Source: a bacterium | Lineage (GTDB): Bacteria > Chloroflexota > Dormibacteria > Aeolococcales > Bog-877 | Direction: 5' to 3' | DNA: 64,000 nt | NCBI GenBank assembly: GCA_021791415.1 | Contig: JAJYWQ010000064.1 | Coordinates: 91,446-155,445, forward strand | Part shown: positions 1-10,447 of the stretch, piece after piece | How positions within the stretch are numbered: position 1 is the first letter of the stretch | How the letters are laid out: each line of letters starts with the position of its first letter | Made by a program: the position numbers and the translations under genes | The notes under the pieces: model-generated | The model's input: only the letters and a program-made list of their open reading frames with translations | What the model was told of the DNA's origin: nothing | The model's database searches: none

Positions 1-1120
1 GCTGCGGGCCCCACTTCATGTGGGTGCGGATGGTGGTGGGCGCCGTGTAGAGGATGTCGACCTTGTAGCGCTCGATGATCTCCCACCAGCGCTCCTCGTT
101 GGGATGGTTGGGCACCCCCTCGTAGATGACCCCCGTCGTCCCGTTGCAGAGGGGGCCGAAGAGGATGTAGCTGTGGCCGGTGACCCAGCCGATGTCGGCG
201 GCGCACCAGTAGACCGAATCGGGCTTGATGTCGAAGATGTAGTAGTGGGTGGTGGCCACCCCCACCAGGTAGCCCCCGGTGGTGTGCACGATGCCCTTGG
301 GCTTGGCGGTGGTGCCGCTGGTGTAGAGGAGGTAGAGCAGGTCCTCAGAGTCCATGGGCTCGCAGGGGCAGCTGGCGGGATCGTCGCTGAGCCCTTGAAG
401 CACCTCGTCCACGTAGACGTCGCGCCCCTCGCGCATGTTCACCGGGGAGCCCATCCGCCGGCTGACGAGGCAGGTGCGGACGGTGGGGGACATCTCCAGC
501 GCGGCGTCGGAGTTGGCCTTCAGCGGGACCTTGCCACCCTTGCGCCAGCCCTCGTCCTGGGTGATCAGCAGCTCGGCCCCCATGTCGTTGAGCCGGCCCG
601 CCAGGGCGTCGGCGGAGAAGCCGCCGAAGACCACGGTGAAGGGAGCGCCGATCCGGGTGCAGGCCAGCATGGCCACGGGCAGGTCCATGCACATGCCCAT
701 GTAGATCCCCACCGGGGTGCCCTTCTTCACCCCCAGCTTCTTCAGCCCGTTGGCGAAGCGCACCACCTCGCGCTGGAGGTCTGAGAAGGTGACGGTGCGG
801 CGCTCGTCGTCAGGCTCCCCCTCCCAGTAGAAGGCGACCTTGGCCCCGCGGCCGGCCTCCACATGGCGGTCGACGCAGTTGTAGCAGACGTTGAGCTGCC
901 CGCCCAGGTACCACTTGGCGTAGGGGGGATTCCACTCGTAGAGCTTGTCGAAGGGACGGAACCAAGTGACCCGGGTCCTCCCCTGCTCCTCCCAGAACTC
1001 CTCGAACCCCTTCTGGTAGATGTCGGCCTTGGCGTTGGCCTGGGCCGCGAACTCCGGGGGGGGCGGGAAGGTCCGTCCCTCCACCTGCAGCGCGTCAATC
1101 CGGTTGCCATCAGCTGCCAT
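1..1120 (-). CDS. acs: Acetyl-CoA synthetase (AMP-forming), C-terminus truncated by window edge
   Basis: Reverse-complement translation starts MAADGNRIDALQVEG... and contains 'YTSGTTAKPKGIVHTTGGY' and 'DIGWVTGHSY' AMP-binding motifs. A GGAGGG RBS sits 7 nt upstream of the ATG at 1120 (minus strand). The frame runs open to position 1. Confidence 0.85.
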   Translation of the reverse strand, partial: MAADGNRIDALQVEGRTFPPPPEFAAQANAKADIYQKGFEEFWEEQGRTRVTWFRPFDKLYEWNPPYAKWYLGGQLNVCYNCVDRHVEAGRGAKVAFYWEGEPDDERRTVTFSDLQREVVRFANGLKKLGVKKGTPVGIYMGMCMDLPVAMLACTRIGAPFTVVFGGFSADALAGRLNDMGAELLITQDEGWRKGGKVPLKANSDAALEMSPTVRTCLVSRRMGSPVNMREGRDVYVDEVLQGLSDDPASCPCEPMDSEDLLYLLYTSGTTAKPKGIVHTTGGYLVGVATTHYYIFDIKPDSVYWCAADIGWVTGHSYILFGPLCNGTTGVIYEGVPNHPNEERWWEIIERYKVDILYTAPTTIRTHMKWGPQ

Positions 1121-1208
1121 ACCACCCTCCTGACTTACCCACGCGCCTGATCCACCTCCCCGCAGACGGCACCGAGCCGCGCCGGAACGCGACTCGGGTG
1201 CAGGGTAT

Positions 1209-1229
1209 CCCCCGAGAGGGGCTCGGGGG
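1209..1229. promoter_or_regulatory. Perfect 8-bp inverted repeat (CCCCCGAG-n5-CTCGGGGG) in the acs/lytS divergent intergenic region
   Basis: Read directly in the sequence. Its position between divergent acs and a LytS/LytTR operon suggests an operator or hairpin. No function can be inferred from sequence alone. Confidence 0.25.
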
Positions 1230-1290
1230 CGGAGGTCACGCCGAGCGGTCCGAATCCGCCCCCAAGCGGTAGCAGCTCTAAGGGAAGCGG

Positions 1291-2511
1291 TTGCGCTGGC
1301 CGGAGTCCCGGCGGATGATTCGCGCCATGCCCTGGCCCGCGCTGGTGGGAATCGAGGCGGTGTTCACCGCTCTGGCGGCTGTCCTGGTGCACCGCCGGCT
1401 GCGCCGGCGCCCCTTCGCCTTCAACACCGCTGAGGAGAGGGCGACCCTGCGGACGCTGGCGTTCGCCACCTCCGCGGTCGCCAGCCTGCGCCAGGGCCTG
1501 GACCGCAAGACCGCGGTCAAAGTGCTGCGCTCACTGGTGCCCCAGTCCGGCGGGATGGCAGCGGCCATCTACGACGCGCGCCAGCTTCTCGCCTACCAGC
1601 CCGCCGCCGGCAGCCGTGCGGACGTGCACACCCGCCATCTGGAGAGGGACTCCGCCGACTTCCTCTCGGCGCTGGAGTCCGGGCGGACCCAGATGGTGCG
1701 CCTCCATCCCCAAGAGCCCACCGCCTGCCCTCTGCGGGTAGCGGTGGTGGCTCCTATCACCATCGACGACCATCCGGTGGCCGCCCTGGTCACCTACCAC
1801 GGCGGAGAGCCGAGCCCCGCCCAGCTGCGGGTCACCGCCGACCTGGGAGAGCTGCTGGCCACCCAGCTCCGGCTCCAGCGGGCCGACCAGCAGCAGGCGG
1901 CCCTGGTGCGCTCGGAGCTGCGCGCCCTGCGGGCCCAGATATCCCCCCACTTCATCTACAACCTGCTCACCACCATCGCCAGCTTCGTGCGCACCGACCC
2001 GGAGCGCTCCCGCGAGCTGCTGGTCGAGTTCGCCGACTTCAGCCGCCGGGCCTTCGCCGGCCCCAGCTCGGAGTTCACCACCCTCGCCGACGAGCTCGTC
2101 TACGTGAACCAGTACCTCAACCTGGAGCAGGCGCGCTTCGGGGAACGGCTCCAGGTGCGCTACCACATCGAGCCCGAGGTGCTGAGCACGGTCGTGCCGG
2201 CCCTTCTGGTCCAGCCCCTGGTGGAGAACGCGGTCAAGCACGGAATCGAGCAGCGGCGCGGCCGGGGCACGGTGTCCGTGGAGGCGACCGACCAGGACGA
2301 CGAGTGCTGGATCTCCGTGCGGGACGATGGCGAGGGCTTTGCGGGCGGGCTGGAGCTGGCCGACCAGCAGGGGGCGCTGGGGAACATCCACCGCCGCCTC
2401 ACCCACGTGTTCGGGCCGGGGCACGGGCTGGAGGTGGTCTCCCGGCCGGGTGAGGGGACGACGGTGACGGTGCGAGTCCCCAAGTACCGCCCTGGGGTCA
2501 AGGCCTCTTGA
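1291..2511 (+). CDS. LytS-type sensor histidine kinase (GAF + His_kinase + HATPase_c), lacking the 5TMR-LYT sensor domain
   Basis: H-box 'ISPHFIYNLL' matches the LytS His_kinase family. 'LVENAVKHG' is the ATPase N-box. The N-terminus has a single hydrophobic segment followed by a GAF-like region. The precise start is uncertain (M1, M9 or M13). Confidence 0.8.
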   Translation: MRWPESRRMIRAMPWPALVGIEAVFTALAAVLVHRRLRRRPFAFNTAEERATLRTLAFATSAVASLRQGLDRKTAVKVLRSLVPQSGGMAAAIYDARQLLAYQPAAGSRADVHTRHLERDSADFLSALESGRTQMVRLHPQEPTACPLRVAVVAPITIDDHPVAALVTYHGGEPSPAQLRVTADLGELLATQLRLQRADQQQAALVRSELRALRAQISPHFIYNLLTTIASFVRTDPERSRELLVEFADFSRRAFAGPSSEFTTLADELVYVNQYLNLEQARFGERLQVRYHIEPEVLSTVVPALLVQPLVENAVKHGIEQRRGRGTVSVEATDQDDECWISVRDDGEGFAGGLELADQQGALGNIHRRLTHVFGPGHGLEVVSRPGEGTTVTVRVPKYRPGVKAS

Positions 2512-2512
2512 G

Positions 2513-3265
2513 GTGAGCGACGACATGATGTCGGCCCTGGTCGTCGACGACGAGGCGCCCGCACGCCAGGACCTGGGTTACCTCTTGAAGCGCTCACCTC
2601 GGATCGGAGAGGTGCGGGAGGCGGAGGACACCGCCACCGCCATGGACCTCCTCCGGGCCGCCCCTGCCGACGTGGTCTTCCTGGACATCCAGATGCCCGA
2701 CCTGGACGGCCTGCAGATGGCCCAGCTGTTGAAGTCCCTGCACCCCGGGCCCCACGTTGTCTTCGTCACCGCCTTCGAGCAGCACGCGGTGGAGGCGTTC
2801 CAGCTGGCCGCCTTCGACTACCTGCTGAAGCCGGTGCGGGCGGACCGGCTGACCCTCACCCTGGAGCGGCTCGCCGCAGCGCGGAGTGAGCTCGCCCGCG
2901 GCCCCGCCCGGCCGGAGGAGTTGGCGCGGGCCGAGTCCCGGCTGGCGGTGGTCCACCGGGGGCAGACCCTCCTCCTGTCGGTACAGGACATCCGCGTCGG
3001 CGAGGTCTCCGGCGACCGGGTGGCCCTGATCACCGGCGAGGGCCGCTACCTGGCCCGCCTTCGCCTCCAGGAGCTGGAGGCGAGGCTCAGCCGGCAGGGA
3101 TTCCTCAGGGTGCACCGCCACTACCTGGTGAACCTCCGCCATGTGACCGCGGTGGAGACCTTCTTCAACAACACCTTCCTGCTGCGGCTGGACGGGGTCC
3201 CGGAGCTGGCGGTCCCGGTCTCCCGCCGCCACGGTCAGCAGCTGCGCTCCGCCCTGGGACTCTGA
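2513..3265 (+). CDS. LytTR-family response regulator
   Basis: Receiver domain 'ALVVDDE...FLDIQMPDLDG'. C-terminal LytTR DNA-binding domain 'GFLRVHRHYLVNLRHV'. Starts 1 nt after the kinase stop (GTG 2513 or ATG 2525). Confidence 0.85.
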   Translation: MSDDMMSALVVDDEAPARQDLGYLLKRSPRIGEVREAEDTATAMDLLRAAPADVVFLDIQMPDLDGLQMAQLLKSLHPGPHVVFVTAFEQHAVEAFQLAAFDYLLKPVRADRLTLTLERLAAARSELARGPARPEELARAESRLAVVHRGQTLLLSVQDIRVGEVSGDRVALITGEGRYLARLRLQELEARLSRQGFLRVHRHYLVNLRHVTAVETFFNNTFLLRLDGVPELAVPVSRRHGQQLRSALGL

Positions 3266-3266
3266 G

Positions 3267-3608
3267 GTGGGCCGCGACGGCCACCCGACCTCCCCCGGGC
3301 AGCCCTCGTCGTCCGGTCTGCGGGAGTTCTCCGAGCAGACCGAGGTCGGGGGCATCTTCCTCCAGGCTCTGATGCGCCGCCAGCTGCGGCTGAGTCTGGG
3401 GGTGGCCGCGGTGTTCTTCGTCTTCCTCGGAGCCCAACCGCTGCTGTCCACGGTGTGGAGGCCGTGGACCAGATGGGAGGTCGCGGGTGTGCCCGTGACC
3501 TGGGTGGTGCTCGGGGTCCTCTCCTACCCACTCCTGGTGTGGCTGGGGCGCCACTACGTGCGCCGGGCCGAGGAGGTGGACGAGGAGTTCACCGACCTCC
3601 TGCGCTGA
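3267..3608 (+). CDS. DUF485 small inner-membrane protein (YjcH-like), companion of ActP
   Basis: 113 aa with two TM segments. Shows the conserved DUF485 position directly upstream of the acetate permease. GTG start immediately after the lytTR stop. Confidence 0.7.
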   Translation: MGRDGHPTSPGQPSSSGLREFSEQTEVGGIFLQALMRRQLRLSLGVAAVFFVFLGAQPLLSTVWRPWTRWEVAGVPVTWVVLGVLSYPLLVWLGRHYVRRAEEVDEEFTDLLR

Positions 3609-3615
3609 GACCCGG

Positions 3616-5502
3616 GTGACCCCTTCGGTGGCGGCGGTACTGGGCCTGGTGGCGATGGCGCTGATCAGCATCCTGGCCGGCCTCTTCGCCCGCCGCTACA
3701 GCCGCACCACCTCCGACTTCATGGTCGCGGCCCGGGCCGTGCCCCCGAGGGTCAACGCCGCGGCCATCAGCGGCGAGTATTTGAGCGCCGCCTCCTTCCT
3801 CGGGGTGGCCGGCCTGGTGATGCAGTTCGGGTACGACGTGCTCTGGTACCCCGTGGGATACGCGGCCGGGTACCTCCTGCTCCTGCTCTTCGTGGCCGGA
3901 CCTCTGCGCCGTTTCGGCGCCTATACCATCCCGGACTTCGCCGAGGGGCGGTTCGACAGCCCCAAGTTCCGCCGGTTGGCGGTGATCCTGGTCCTGGTGA
4001 TCGGCTTCTTCTATGCCCTTCCCCAGATGAAGGCCGCCGGCCTCACGGTGGAGACCGCTTCCGGCCTCCCCTACTGGGTGGGGGTCGCGGTGGTGGCGGT
4101 GGTGGTGGTGACCGCCGTCACCGGAGGCGGGATGCGCGGCATCACCCTGGTCCAGAGCCTCCAGTTCGCGGCCAAGATCTTTGCCATCTCCCTCCCCGCG
4201 TTTCTCCTCCTTCTCCACTTCGGCGGGCCGGCCACTCCGTTCGCCGCCGCCCGCGGCCAACTGGTTCGTCTGCCGGCCAGCACCACCTACCGGGTCTCCC
4301 GGGGCGAGCTCTGGCAGCTCCCCCGGGCCACCTCCCTGGACGTGGAGGGAGAGGCCCTGGTGCTGTGGAGTCGGGAGGACCCGGTCAGGGCCCCCGGGGC
4401 GGTCACCGCCGAGGTCGGGGACACGCCCGCTCCCTCCTCGCCGGTGAGGGGATCGAAGCACCTCCTCCTGTTCGGACGCCAGCGGATCCCGGCTGGAACT
4501 TTGGTCTGGGGCGGAAGCGCCACGGTGCTGGTCCCCAAGGGGCAGCCGGCACCCTTCGGGAGCGCCACCCCCGCCGCCACCACCGCCAGCTGGTCGGCCC
4601 CCTTCGGTCCTTTGGCGGGGGGCAGCGGCCACCCGCTGCTCTTCACCTACTCGCTGATCCTGGCCATCGTCCTGGGGACGATCGGCCTCCCCCACATCCT
4701 GGTTCGTTTCTACACCAACCCCGACGCCCGGGCGGCTCGGCGCACCGCCCTGCTGGTCCTGGTGCTGCTGGGCGCCTTCTACCTCTGGCCCCCGGTGTTC
4801 GGCGCCCTGGGGCGGGCCCTGGACCCCTCCCTGTACGGCAACAACCTGACGGACGCGGTGGTGCTGGTCCTGCCCTCGCTTCTGGGCGGATGGCTCGGGC
4901 AGCTGCTGCTGGCGGTGGTGGCGGCCGGGGCCTTCGCGGCCTTCACCTCCACCCTGAGCGGGCTGCTGGTCTCGCTCGCCGGCGCTTTGGGCCACGACGT
5001 GTACGGCAGGTGGCTGCGTCCCAGCGCCAGTGCCCACCGCCGCCGGGTCGCCTTCCAGGTGGCCGCGGTGGGAGCGGGGGCGCTGGCCGCGGCGCTGGGA
5101 CTGATGGTCGGCCAGTTCGACATCAGCGTCCTGGTGGGCTGGGCGTTCGCGATAGCGGCGAGCTCCTTCTTCCCGCTCCTGGTGCTGGGCATCTGGTGGC
5201 CGCGGCTGACCACCAGGGCCGCCGCCCTGGGGGTGGCGCTGGGGGGAGGCACCGCCACCCTGGCCATCGTGACCACCATGGTGGCGACCCTCAGCCCGCA
5301 GGTGGAGGACTTCCTCGCCCGATCCTCGGGGCTGGCCGTGATCCTGGCTCAGCCGGCCATCGTCACCGTGCCGCTGGCCTTCGCCACCATGGTCCTGGGA
5401 TCCCTTCTGCGCCCCGGTCCGCCACCAGGGGTGGCCGCCAAGCTGGTGCAGCTCCACGCCCCCGAGCTGCTGGGGCTTCGCTCCGACTACATCCCGGAGT
5501 GA
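3616..5502 (+). CDS. actP: Cation/acetate symporter, sodium:solute symporter family
   Basis: SSS-family multi-TM protein. 'GLPHILVRFYTNPDARAARR' matches ActP 'GLPHILMRFFT'. It carries an unusually long (~140 aa) hydrophilic loop before that motif. Confidence 0.8.
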   Translation: MTPSVAAVLGLVAMALISILAGLFARRYSRTTSDFMVAARAVPPRVNAAAISGEYLSAASFLGVAGLVMQFGYDVLWYPVGYAAGYLLLLLFVAGPLRRFGAYTIPDFAEGRFDSPKFRRLAVILVLVIGFFYALPQMKAAGLTVETASGLPYWVGVAVVAVVVVTAVTGGGMRGITLVQSLQFAAKIFAISLPAFLLLLHFGGPATPFAAARGQLVRLPASTTYRVSRGELWQLPRATSLDVEGEALVLWSREDPVRAPGAVTAEVGDTPAPSSPVRGSKHLLLFGRQRIPAGTLVWGGSATVLVPKGQPAPFGSATPAATTASWSAPFGPLAGGSGHPLLFTYSLILAIVLGTIGLPHILVRFYTNPDARAARRTALLVLVLLGAFYLWPPVFGALGRALDPSLYGNNLTDAVVLVLPSLLGGWLGQLLLAVVAAGAFAAFTSTLSGLLVSLAGALGHDVYGRWLRPSASAHRRRVAFQVAAVGAGALAAALGLMVGQFDISVLVGWAFAIAASSFFPLLVLGIWWPRLTTRAAALGVALGGGTATLAIVTTMVATLSPQVEDFLARSSGLAVILAQPAIVTVPLAFATMVLGSLLRPGPPPGVAAKLVQLHAPELLGLRSDYIPE

Positions 5503-5503
5503 G

Positions 5504-6478
5504 TCAGTAGCCCTGGGCTGGGTCGGCGACATTCCGCAGCGGCAGCCCCTCACGGAAGCGGGTGAGCTGGTCCAGAAACAGCTCGGTGCTGCGTTTGGCG
5601 AAGTGCGGGGAGCTCCAGCTCACATGGGGGCTGAGGTGGGCGCCGGGAGCCGTCCACAGGGGGGACGAGTCCGGTAGCGGCTCCTCCTCGAAGGCGTCCA
5701 GGTAGGCCGCGGACAGCGGCCCGCCGGCCAGCGCCCGGAGCAGCGCCGGCTCGTCCACCAGGCCGCCCCGGGCGACGTTGACCAGCGCCGACCCGTCGGC
5801 CATCAGCCGCAGCTCTGCCTCCCCGACCATCCCCCGGCTGCTGCCGGTGAGCGGGGCCGCCAGCACCAGCGCGTCCGCACCACGGCACGCCTCGGTGAGC
5901 CCCTCCGGGCCCACGACCGGCAGCCCGTGGTGCCCCCCACCCAACTCGGGGCGGCGTCGCACCGCCACCACCTGCGCTCCCAGGGCCAGGGCCCGCCGAG
6001 CCACCTCGTTGCCGATCGCTCCCAGGCCGACCAGCACCAACCTTAGGTCCCCCAGCTCCCTCAGGGGGACCGCCTCGAAGCGGCGCTGCCGCTGCAGCTC
6101 ATCCAGGTGGGCCAGCCGCTTGCAGTGGTGCAGGAGGCAGGCCAAAACGAATTCGGCGATGGGGACCGCCACCACCCCGGCGGAGGTCGTGAGGGTCACC
6201 CCCGGGTGGCCCTCCAGCAGAGGTCGCAGGTGGTCGATCCCGGCGCTGACCGTGTGTACCCAGCGCACCTCGGGGTGAGCCTTCAGCCCCGCCTCCAGGG
6301 GGTCCTCGGGCGATCCCTCGGGGCGGCCCCCGAAGAGCCGCCAGATGCAGTCGAAGGATCCCTCGCCCACCCCGGCCCCGGGCCCGACCAGCTCCACTCC
6401 CTGGTCCAGCCGAGCCAGCACCCCGGGATCGGGGGTGGGGCTGCGCCCCACCACAAGACACCTCACCTTTGGGCGCAC
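5504..6478 (-). CDS. D-isomer-specific 2-hydroxyacid dehydrogenase (glyoxylate/hydroxypyruvate reductase-like)
   Basis: NAD-binding 'LVGLGAIGNEVARR' (GxGxxG). The catalytic region, with conserved R/E/H positions, is typical of the family. Confidence 0.75.
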   Translation of the reverse strand: MRPKVRCLVVGRSPTPDPGVLARLDQGVELVGPGAGVGEGSFDCIWRLFGGRPEGSPEDPLEAGLKAHPEVRWVHTVSAGIDHLRPLLEGHPGVTLTTSAGVVAVPIAEFVLACLLHHCKRLAHLDELQRQRRFEAVPLRELGDLRLVLVGLGAIGNEVARRALALGAQVVAVRRRPELGGGHHGLPVVGPEGLTEACRGADALVLAAPLTGSSRGMVGEAELRLMADGSALVNVARGGLVDEPALLRALAGGPLSAAYLDAFEEEPLPDSSPLWTAPGAHLSPHVSWSSPHFAKRSTELFLDQLTRFREGLPLRNVADPAQGY

Positions 6479-6573
6479 TGGTCCGCTCCAGTCAGGGTGC
6501 GACTGCCGACCGCGGCCGGTCGCGCTCCCTTCCGGCTGAATCCTTCCGCACCGCCCACTTCAGGCATTATGTC

Positions 6574-7413
6574 GCCATGCCGGAGACGCCCCAGCCCCTA
6601 GTGCAGCCGGACCAGCTCATCCGGCACCTGGGTGCGCCGGACCTGGTGGTGCTGGACGTGCGCTGGTCTTTGGAGCGGGGCGCCGAACGCCAGGCCTACC
6701 GCGCCGGGCACATCCCCGGCGCGGAGTTCGTCGACCTGGACCAGGAGCTCGCCGCACCCGCGGGCCCGCGGGGTCGCCACCCCCTCCCCAAGGTGGAGAG
6801 CTTCGCCGCCGACATGCGCCGCCACGGGGTCAGCGCCTCGAGCCAGGTCGTGGTGTACGACGAGGTCACCGGAGCCGCGGCCCGGGCCTGGTGGATGCTC
6901 CGCGCCGCGGGCCACCGCCGGGTGGCGGTCCTGGACGGCGGCCTCCAGGCCTATCTGGAGGCGGGGGGGAGGCTCACGTCTGAGCTGCCAGCCCCCCGGG
7001 CCGGCGACTTCCAGACCACAGGGTTCGAGAGCTGGGTGGGGGCGGACGGCCTCGAGACCTGCCGGGATGAGGGGACTCTGGTGGTGGACGCGCGGGCGAG
7101 GGGGCGCTACCTGGGGCAGCCGAACCCGCTCGACCCCCGTCCCGGACACATCCCGGGGGCGGTGAGCCTCCCCTGGACCGACCTCTTCGAAGAGGGTCGG
7201 CTCCGCCCCGCGGCCGAGCTTCGCCGCCTGCTGGGGGAATCCGGCGCCGGTGACCGCCCGGTGGTGGTGTACTGCGGCTCCGGGGTCACCGCCTGCGCGG
7301 TGCTCCTCGCCCTGGAGGTGGCAGGAGGTGGACCGGGACGGCTTTACCCGGGCTCCTGGAGCGAATGGGCGGCGGACCCCAGCCGGCCGGTGCAGAACCC
7401 GGCGGCCGGCTGA
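6574..7413 (+). CDS. Tandem-rhodanese sulfurtransferase (thiosulfate/3-mercaptopyruvate sulfurtransferase-like)
   Basis: Two rhodanese domains. Active-site loop 'VVVYCGSGVTACAV'. Start chosen at the internal ATG (MPETPQ...), because the upstream part of the ORF overlaps the convergent dehydrogenase gene. Confidence 0.7.
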   Translation, partial: AMPETPQPLVQPDQLIRHLGAPDLVVLDVRWSLERGAERQAYRAGHIPGAEFVDLDQELAAPAGPRGRHPLPKVESFAADMRRHGVSASSQVVVYDEVTGAAARAWWMLRAAGHRRVAVLDGGLQAYLEAGGRLTSELPAPRAGDFQTTGFESWVGADGLETCRDEGTLVVDARARGRYLGQPNPLDPRPGHIPGAVSLPWTDLFEEGRLRPAAELRRLLGESGAGDRPVVVYCGSGVTACAVLLALEVAGGGPGRLYPGSWSEWAADPSRPVQNPAAG

Positions 7414-7419
7414 GCCGCC

Positions 7420-8169
7420 CTACTCCCTCCGGGCCACCTTGTGGCTCGCGGCCTGCTGGACCGGGCGCATCACGATCTGGTCGAGGTCCACATGCGGCGG
7501 CCGGGTGGCGGCGAAGGCCACCACGTCCGCGACGTCGGCTGCGGTCAGTGCCTCGACCCCTCGGTACACCTGAGCGGCACGCCCCGCGTCTCCCCGGAAG
7601 CGGTTCAGAGAGAAGTCCGTCTCCACCATCCCCGGGCAGACCTCGGTGACCCTGACGGGGCGCCCCGCCAGCTCCAGGCGGAGGGTCCGGGAGATGGCGT
7701 GGACGGCATGCTTGGCGGAGGTGTATCCGGCCCCGCCCTCGTATACCTCGAAAGCGGCGGTGGAGGAGATGTTCACCACGATCCCCCGGCCGGAGCGCTC
7801 CAGGGCGGGGATCAGCTGCCGGGTCATCGCCACCAGCCCGAGGACGTTGACCTCCCACATCCAGCGCCAGTCCTCGAGCGGCGCTGCCTCGACCGGGTCC
7901 AGCCCCCGGGCGCCGCCGGCGTTGTTGACCAAGACCGCCAGCTCCTCCACCCCCTGGCAGAATTCCGTCACGCTGTCCTGGTCGGCCACGTCCAGGTGGC
8001 GCCAACTGGCGCCCAGCTCGGCGGCCAGCGGCACCAGGAGTCCCTCCCGGCGCGCCCCCAGGAGCAGGTCGAATCCCTCGGCGCTCAGCCGGCGCGCCAC
8101 CGCCTCTCCGATCCCCGAGCTGGCCCCGGTGACCACCGCCAGCGGGCGGCCCTGCTTCCCGTTCACCAT
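7420..8169 (-). CDS. Short-chain dehydrogenase/reductase (SDR)
   Basis: 'VTGASSGIG' cofactor motif and 'YTSAKHAV' (YxxxK) catalytic motif. Confidence 0.8.
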   Translation of the reverse strand: MVNGKQGRPLAVVTGASSGIGEAVARRLSAEGFDLLLGARREGLLVPLAAELGASWRHLDVADQDSVTEFCQGVEELAVLVNNAGGARGLDPVEAAPLEDWRWMWEVNVLGLVAMTRQLIPALERSGRGIVVNISSTAAFEVYEGGAGYTSAKHAVHAISRTLRLELAGRPVRVTEVCPGMVETDFSLNRFRGDAGRAAQVYRGVEALTAADVADVVAFAATRPPHVDLDQIVMRPVQQAASHKVARRE

Positions 8170-10181
8170 CCGCTATCCTCCCATGCCTCCCCGGCTTTCG
8201 GGGCGGAGAGCTGCTCCTCCATCTCCTCCGCCATCGTGGTGGGCATCCGGCAGGTGAAGGCACGGCAGACATACGCCGTGGGGATGCCGCCCAGGGCGGG
8301 GCGCCCGGCGGCGAGTGGCGGTACCGGCTCCGACCCGGTTGCGACCGCCACCACCAGGGTCGGCCGGAAGTGGGAGCGGGCCCGGCGGAGGAGCTCGAGA
8401 TGACCTCCGGGGGCGGCTGCTATGGCCAGCTGGGTCGCCCCCGCCCCCATGACCTCGAGGTCGGCCAGCAGGCCCCCGAAGGCCAGCGGCTGGGAGGTGG
8501 CCGCCTGGCCCAGGCGGGACACGGCGGCATCCGCCCGCTCCGACCACGAGGACTCGCCGGTCAGCTGCCAGAGCCGCCAGCAGAGCAAGGCCATCTGGGA
8601 AATACCGGAGCGCGTGGCCCCGTCATCGACCACTGTCGGCCGCGCCGGGAGCAGGGGGTCAGCTCCGGCGGCGGTCTCGTGCCAGAGCCCCTCCCCGTCC
8701 GCATGGACCCGCTCGGCCGCCTCCGCCAGCGCCATCGACCGCTCGACCCACACACCCTCACCGGTGACCTCGTGCATCCAGAGGCCGCACAGGCCAAGGG
8801 CCGCCCGGTCCTCAAGGGTGGCCGGAAGTCGGGAGCTCGAGCCGTACAGGAGATGGGTCAGCTCCCCCGTGGAGTCGCGGGCGCTTCGGTGCAGCAGGAG
8901 GGCGCAGCGCAGGGCCGCGGTGAGGAATCGCTCCTCGGAGAGGACGAGCCCCAGCTCGGCCAGCGCGCTGGCGGCCTGGGCATTCCAGGCTACCACTACC
9001 TTGTCGTCGCGCTGGGGCTGGGGGCGCTCCGCCCGCGCCTCCACGAGCCGCGAGCGGACCTCGGCGGCCCTCGGGGGCAGGCGCCCCCAGGGGAGCGCGG
9101 CCTGAGGCACGAAGTCACCGTCCACCCGGGCTTCTGGGTCCAGCCTCCAGAACTCCCGCCAGCCGTCTCCCACGGCCCGGTCCAGCTGCTCCCGGCTCCA
9201 GAGGTAGGTGAGTCCCTCCCGGCCGGCGGAGTCGGCGTCGAGGCCGGCGGCGAACCCTCCCTGAGGCAGCCCCAGCCCGCTGACGACGAACTCGGCTGTC
9301 CGGACGGCCACCGCCAGCGCCCCCTCGTCCCCGTTCAGCTGCCAGTGATGGAGGTAAAGGGGGATGAGCTGGGCCTGGTCATAGAGCATCTTCTCGAAGT
9401 GGGGCACCCCCCAGCGGCCATCCACCGAGTAGCGGTGGAATCCCCCGCCCAACTGGTCGTGAATACCTCCCTCCGCCATGCGCCGGAGGGTCAGTCCCAC
9501 GGCCCGCCCCGCCTCCTGGTCCCCGCGCAGGGCGGAGCGCGCCTGGAGGAATTCCAGGAGGGGGGCCTGGGGGAACTTGGGGGAGCCGCGGAGCCCACCC
9601 TGGTCCTGGTCCCAGCCGCCGAGCACGCGCTCCGCGGCGGCGGTGAGGTCCCCTGGCAAAGGTGCGGCCCCCCTCCCGCCAACCCTCGGCGCCGCCAGCG
9701 CCAGCGCCAGCTCCCGAGAGGTCGCCTCGAGATCCGGGCGCCGGTCCCGGTAGGCCGCCGCGGCAGCCAGCAGCACCCGCCGGAAGGCGGGCAGGCCACC
9801 CCGGTCGCGCGGCGGGAAGTAGGTGCCGGCGAAGTAGGGACGCCCGTCCGGGAGCAGGAAGACGGTCATCGGCCAGCCACCGGACCCCGTGAGGGCCAGC
9901 AGCGCGTCCATGTAGACCCGGTCGACCCCCGGGCGCTCCTCTCGATCGACCTTGATGGAGACGAAGAGGCGGTTCTGGAGCTCTGCCACCTCGGGGTCGG
10001 AGAAGGACTCATGGGCCATGACGTGGCACCAGTGGCAGGTGGAGTAGCCCACGCTGAGGAGCACGGGCTTGTCCTGGGCCCGCGCGGCCGTGAACGCCTC
10101 CTCACCCCAGGGGTACCAGTCGACCGGGTTCTCCTGGTGCTGGCGGAGGTAGAGGCTGGACTCCTGGGCCAGGCGGTTCAT
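8163..10181 (-). CDS. Thioredoxin-domain protein (DUF255/YyaL-like, with a six-hairpin glycosidase-like domain)
   Basis: N-terminal '[10 protein letters not shown]' thioredoxin-like motif followed by a large alpha/alpha-toroid-like region. Start taken at [12 protein letters not shown]. Confidence 0.75.
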   Translation of the reverse strand: MNRLAQESSLYLRQHQENPVDWYPWGEEAFTAARAQDKPVLLSVGYSTCHWCHVMAHESFSDPEVAELQNRLFVSIKVDREERPGVDRVYMDALLALTGSGGWPMTVFLLPDGRPYFAGTYFPPRDRGGLPAFRRVLLAAAAAYRDRRPDLEATSRELALALAAPRVGGRGAAPLPGDLTAAAERVLGGWDQDQGGLRGSPKFPQAPLLEFLQARSALRGDQEAGRAVGLTLRRMAEGGIHDQLGGGFHRYSVDGRWGVPHFEKMLYDQAQLIPLYLHHWQLNGDEGALAVAVRTAEFVVSGLGLPQGGFAAGLDADSAGREGLTYLWSREQLDRAVGDGWREFWRLDPEARVDGDFVPQAALPWGRLPPRAAEVRSRLVEARAERPQPQRDDKVVVAWNAQAASALAELGLVLSEERFLTAALRCALLLHRSARDSTGELTHLLYGSSSRLPATLEDRAALGLCGLWMHEVTGEGVWVERSMALAEAAERVHADGEGLWHETAAGADPLLPARPTVVDDGATRSGISQMALLCWRLWQLTGESSWSERADAAVSRLGQAATSQPLAFGGLLADLEVMGAGATQLAIAAAPGGHLELLRRARSHFRPTLVVAVATGSEPVPPLAAGRPALGGIPTAYVCRAFTCRMPTTMAEEMEEQLSAPKAGEAWEDSGW

Positions 10182-10447
10182 CGTGCATCGGAGGCCGGCA
10201 CACGTCGACCTCGCGCCTCCGGCCAGGGGCACACCGGGGCCTTAAGGGGGCTCCGCAGCTCCTCGGCCAGAGTCCAGTTTTTCGGCATGTGCGCTCTTTG
10301 TGACCCGATGGTGCACCGCCCACGTTAGCGCCCATGGGTGGCCGGACAGAACTCTCGAGACCGCTCGGGGTGTTGTTGGCCCGCGGCCACAGATCGCCGA
10401 GCGCCGGGGACAACTTCCGGGTGGGCGCCCGATGCGACAATCGGAAG

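Noticed and set aside
1531-2526. 331-aa minus-strand ORF
   Set aside because: Antisense to the lytS-type kinase gene. Arg/Gly/Pro-rich.
3589-5553. 654-aa minus-strand ORF
   Set aside because: It is antisense to actP. Composition is extreme (Gly/Arg/Pro/His-rich, e.g. 'GGGGGGGGAPEG') and it has no domain. Typical high-GC shadow ORF.
8370-10328. 652-aa plus-strand ORF
   Set aside because: Antisense to the DUF255 thioredoxin-domain gene, which has clear CxxC and family features. Low-complexity composition.
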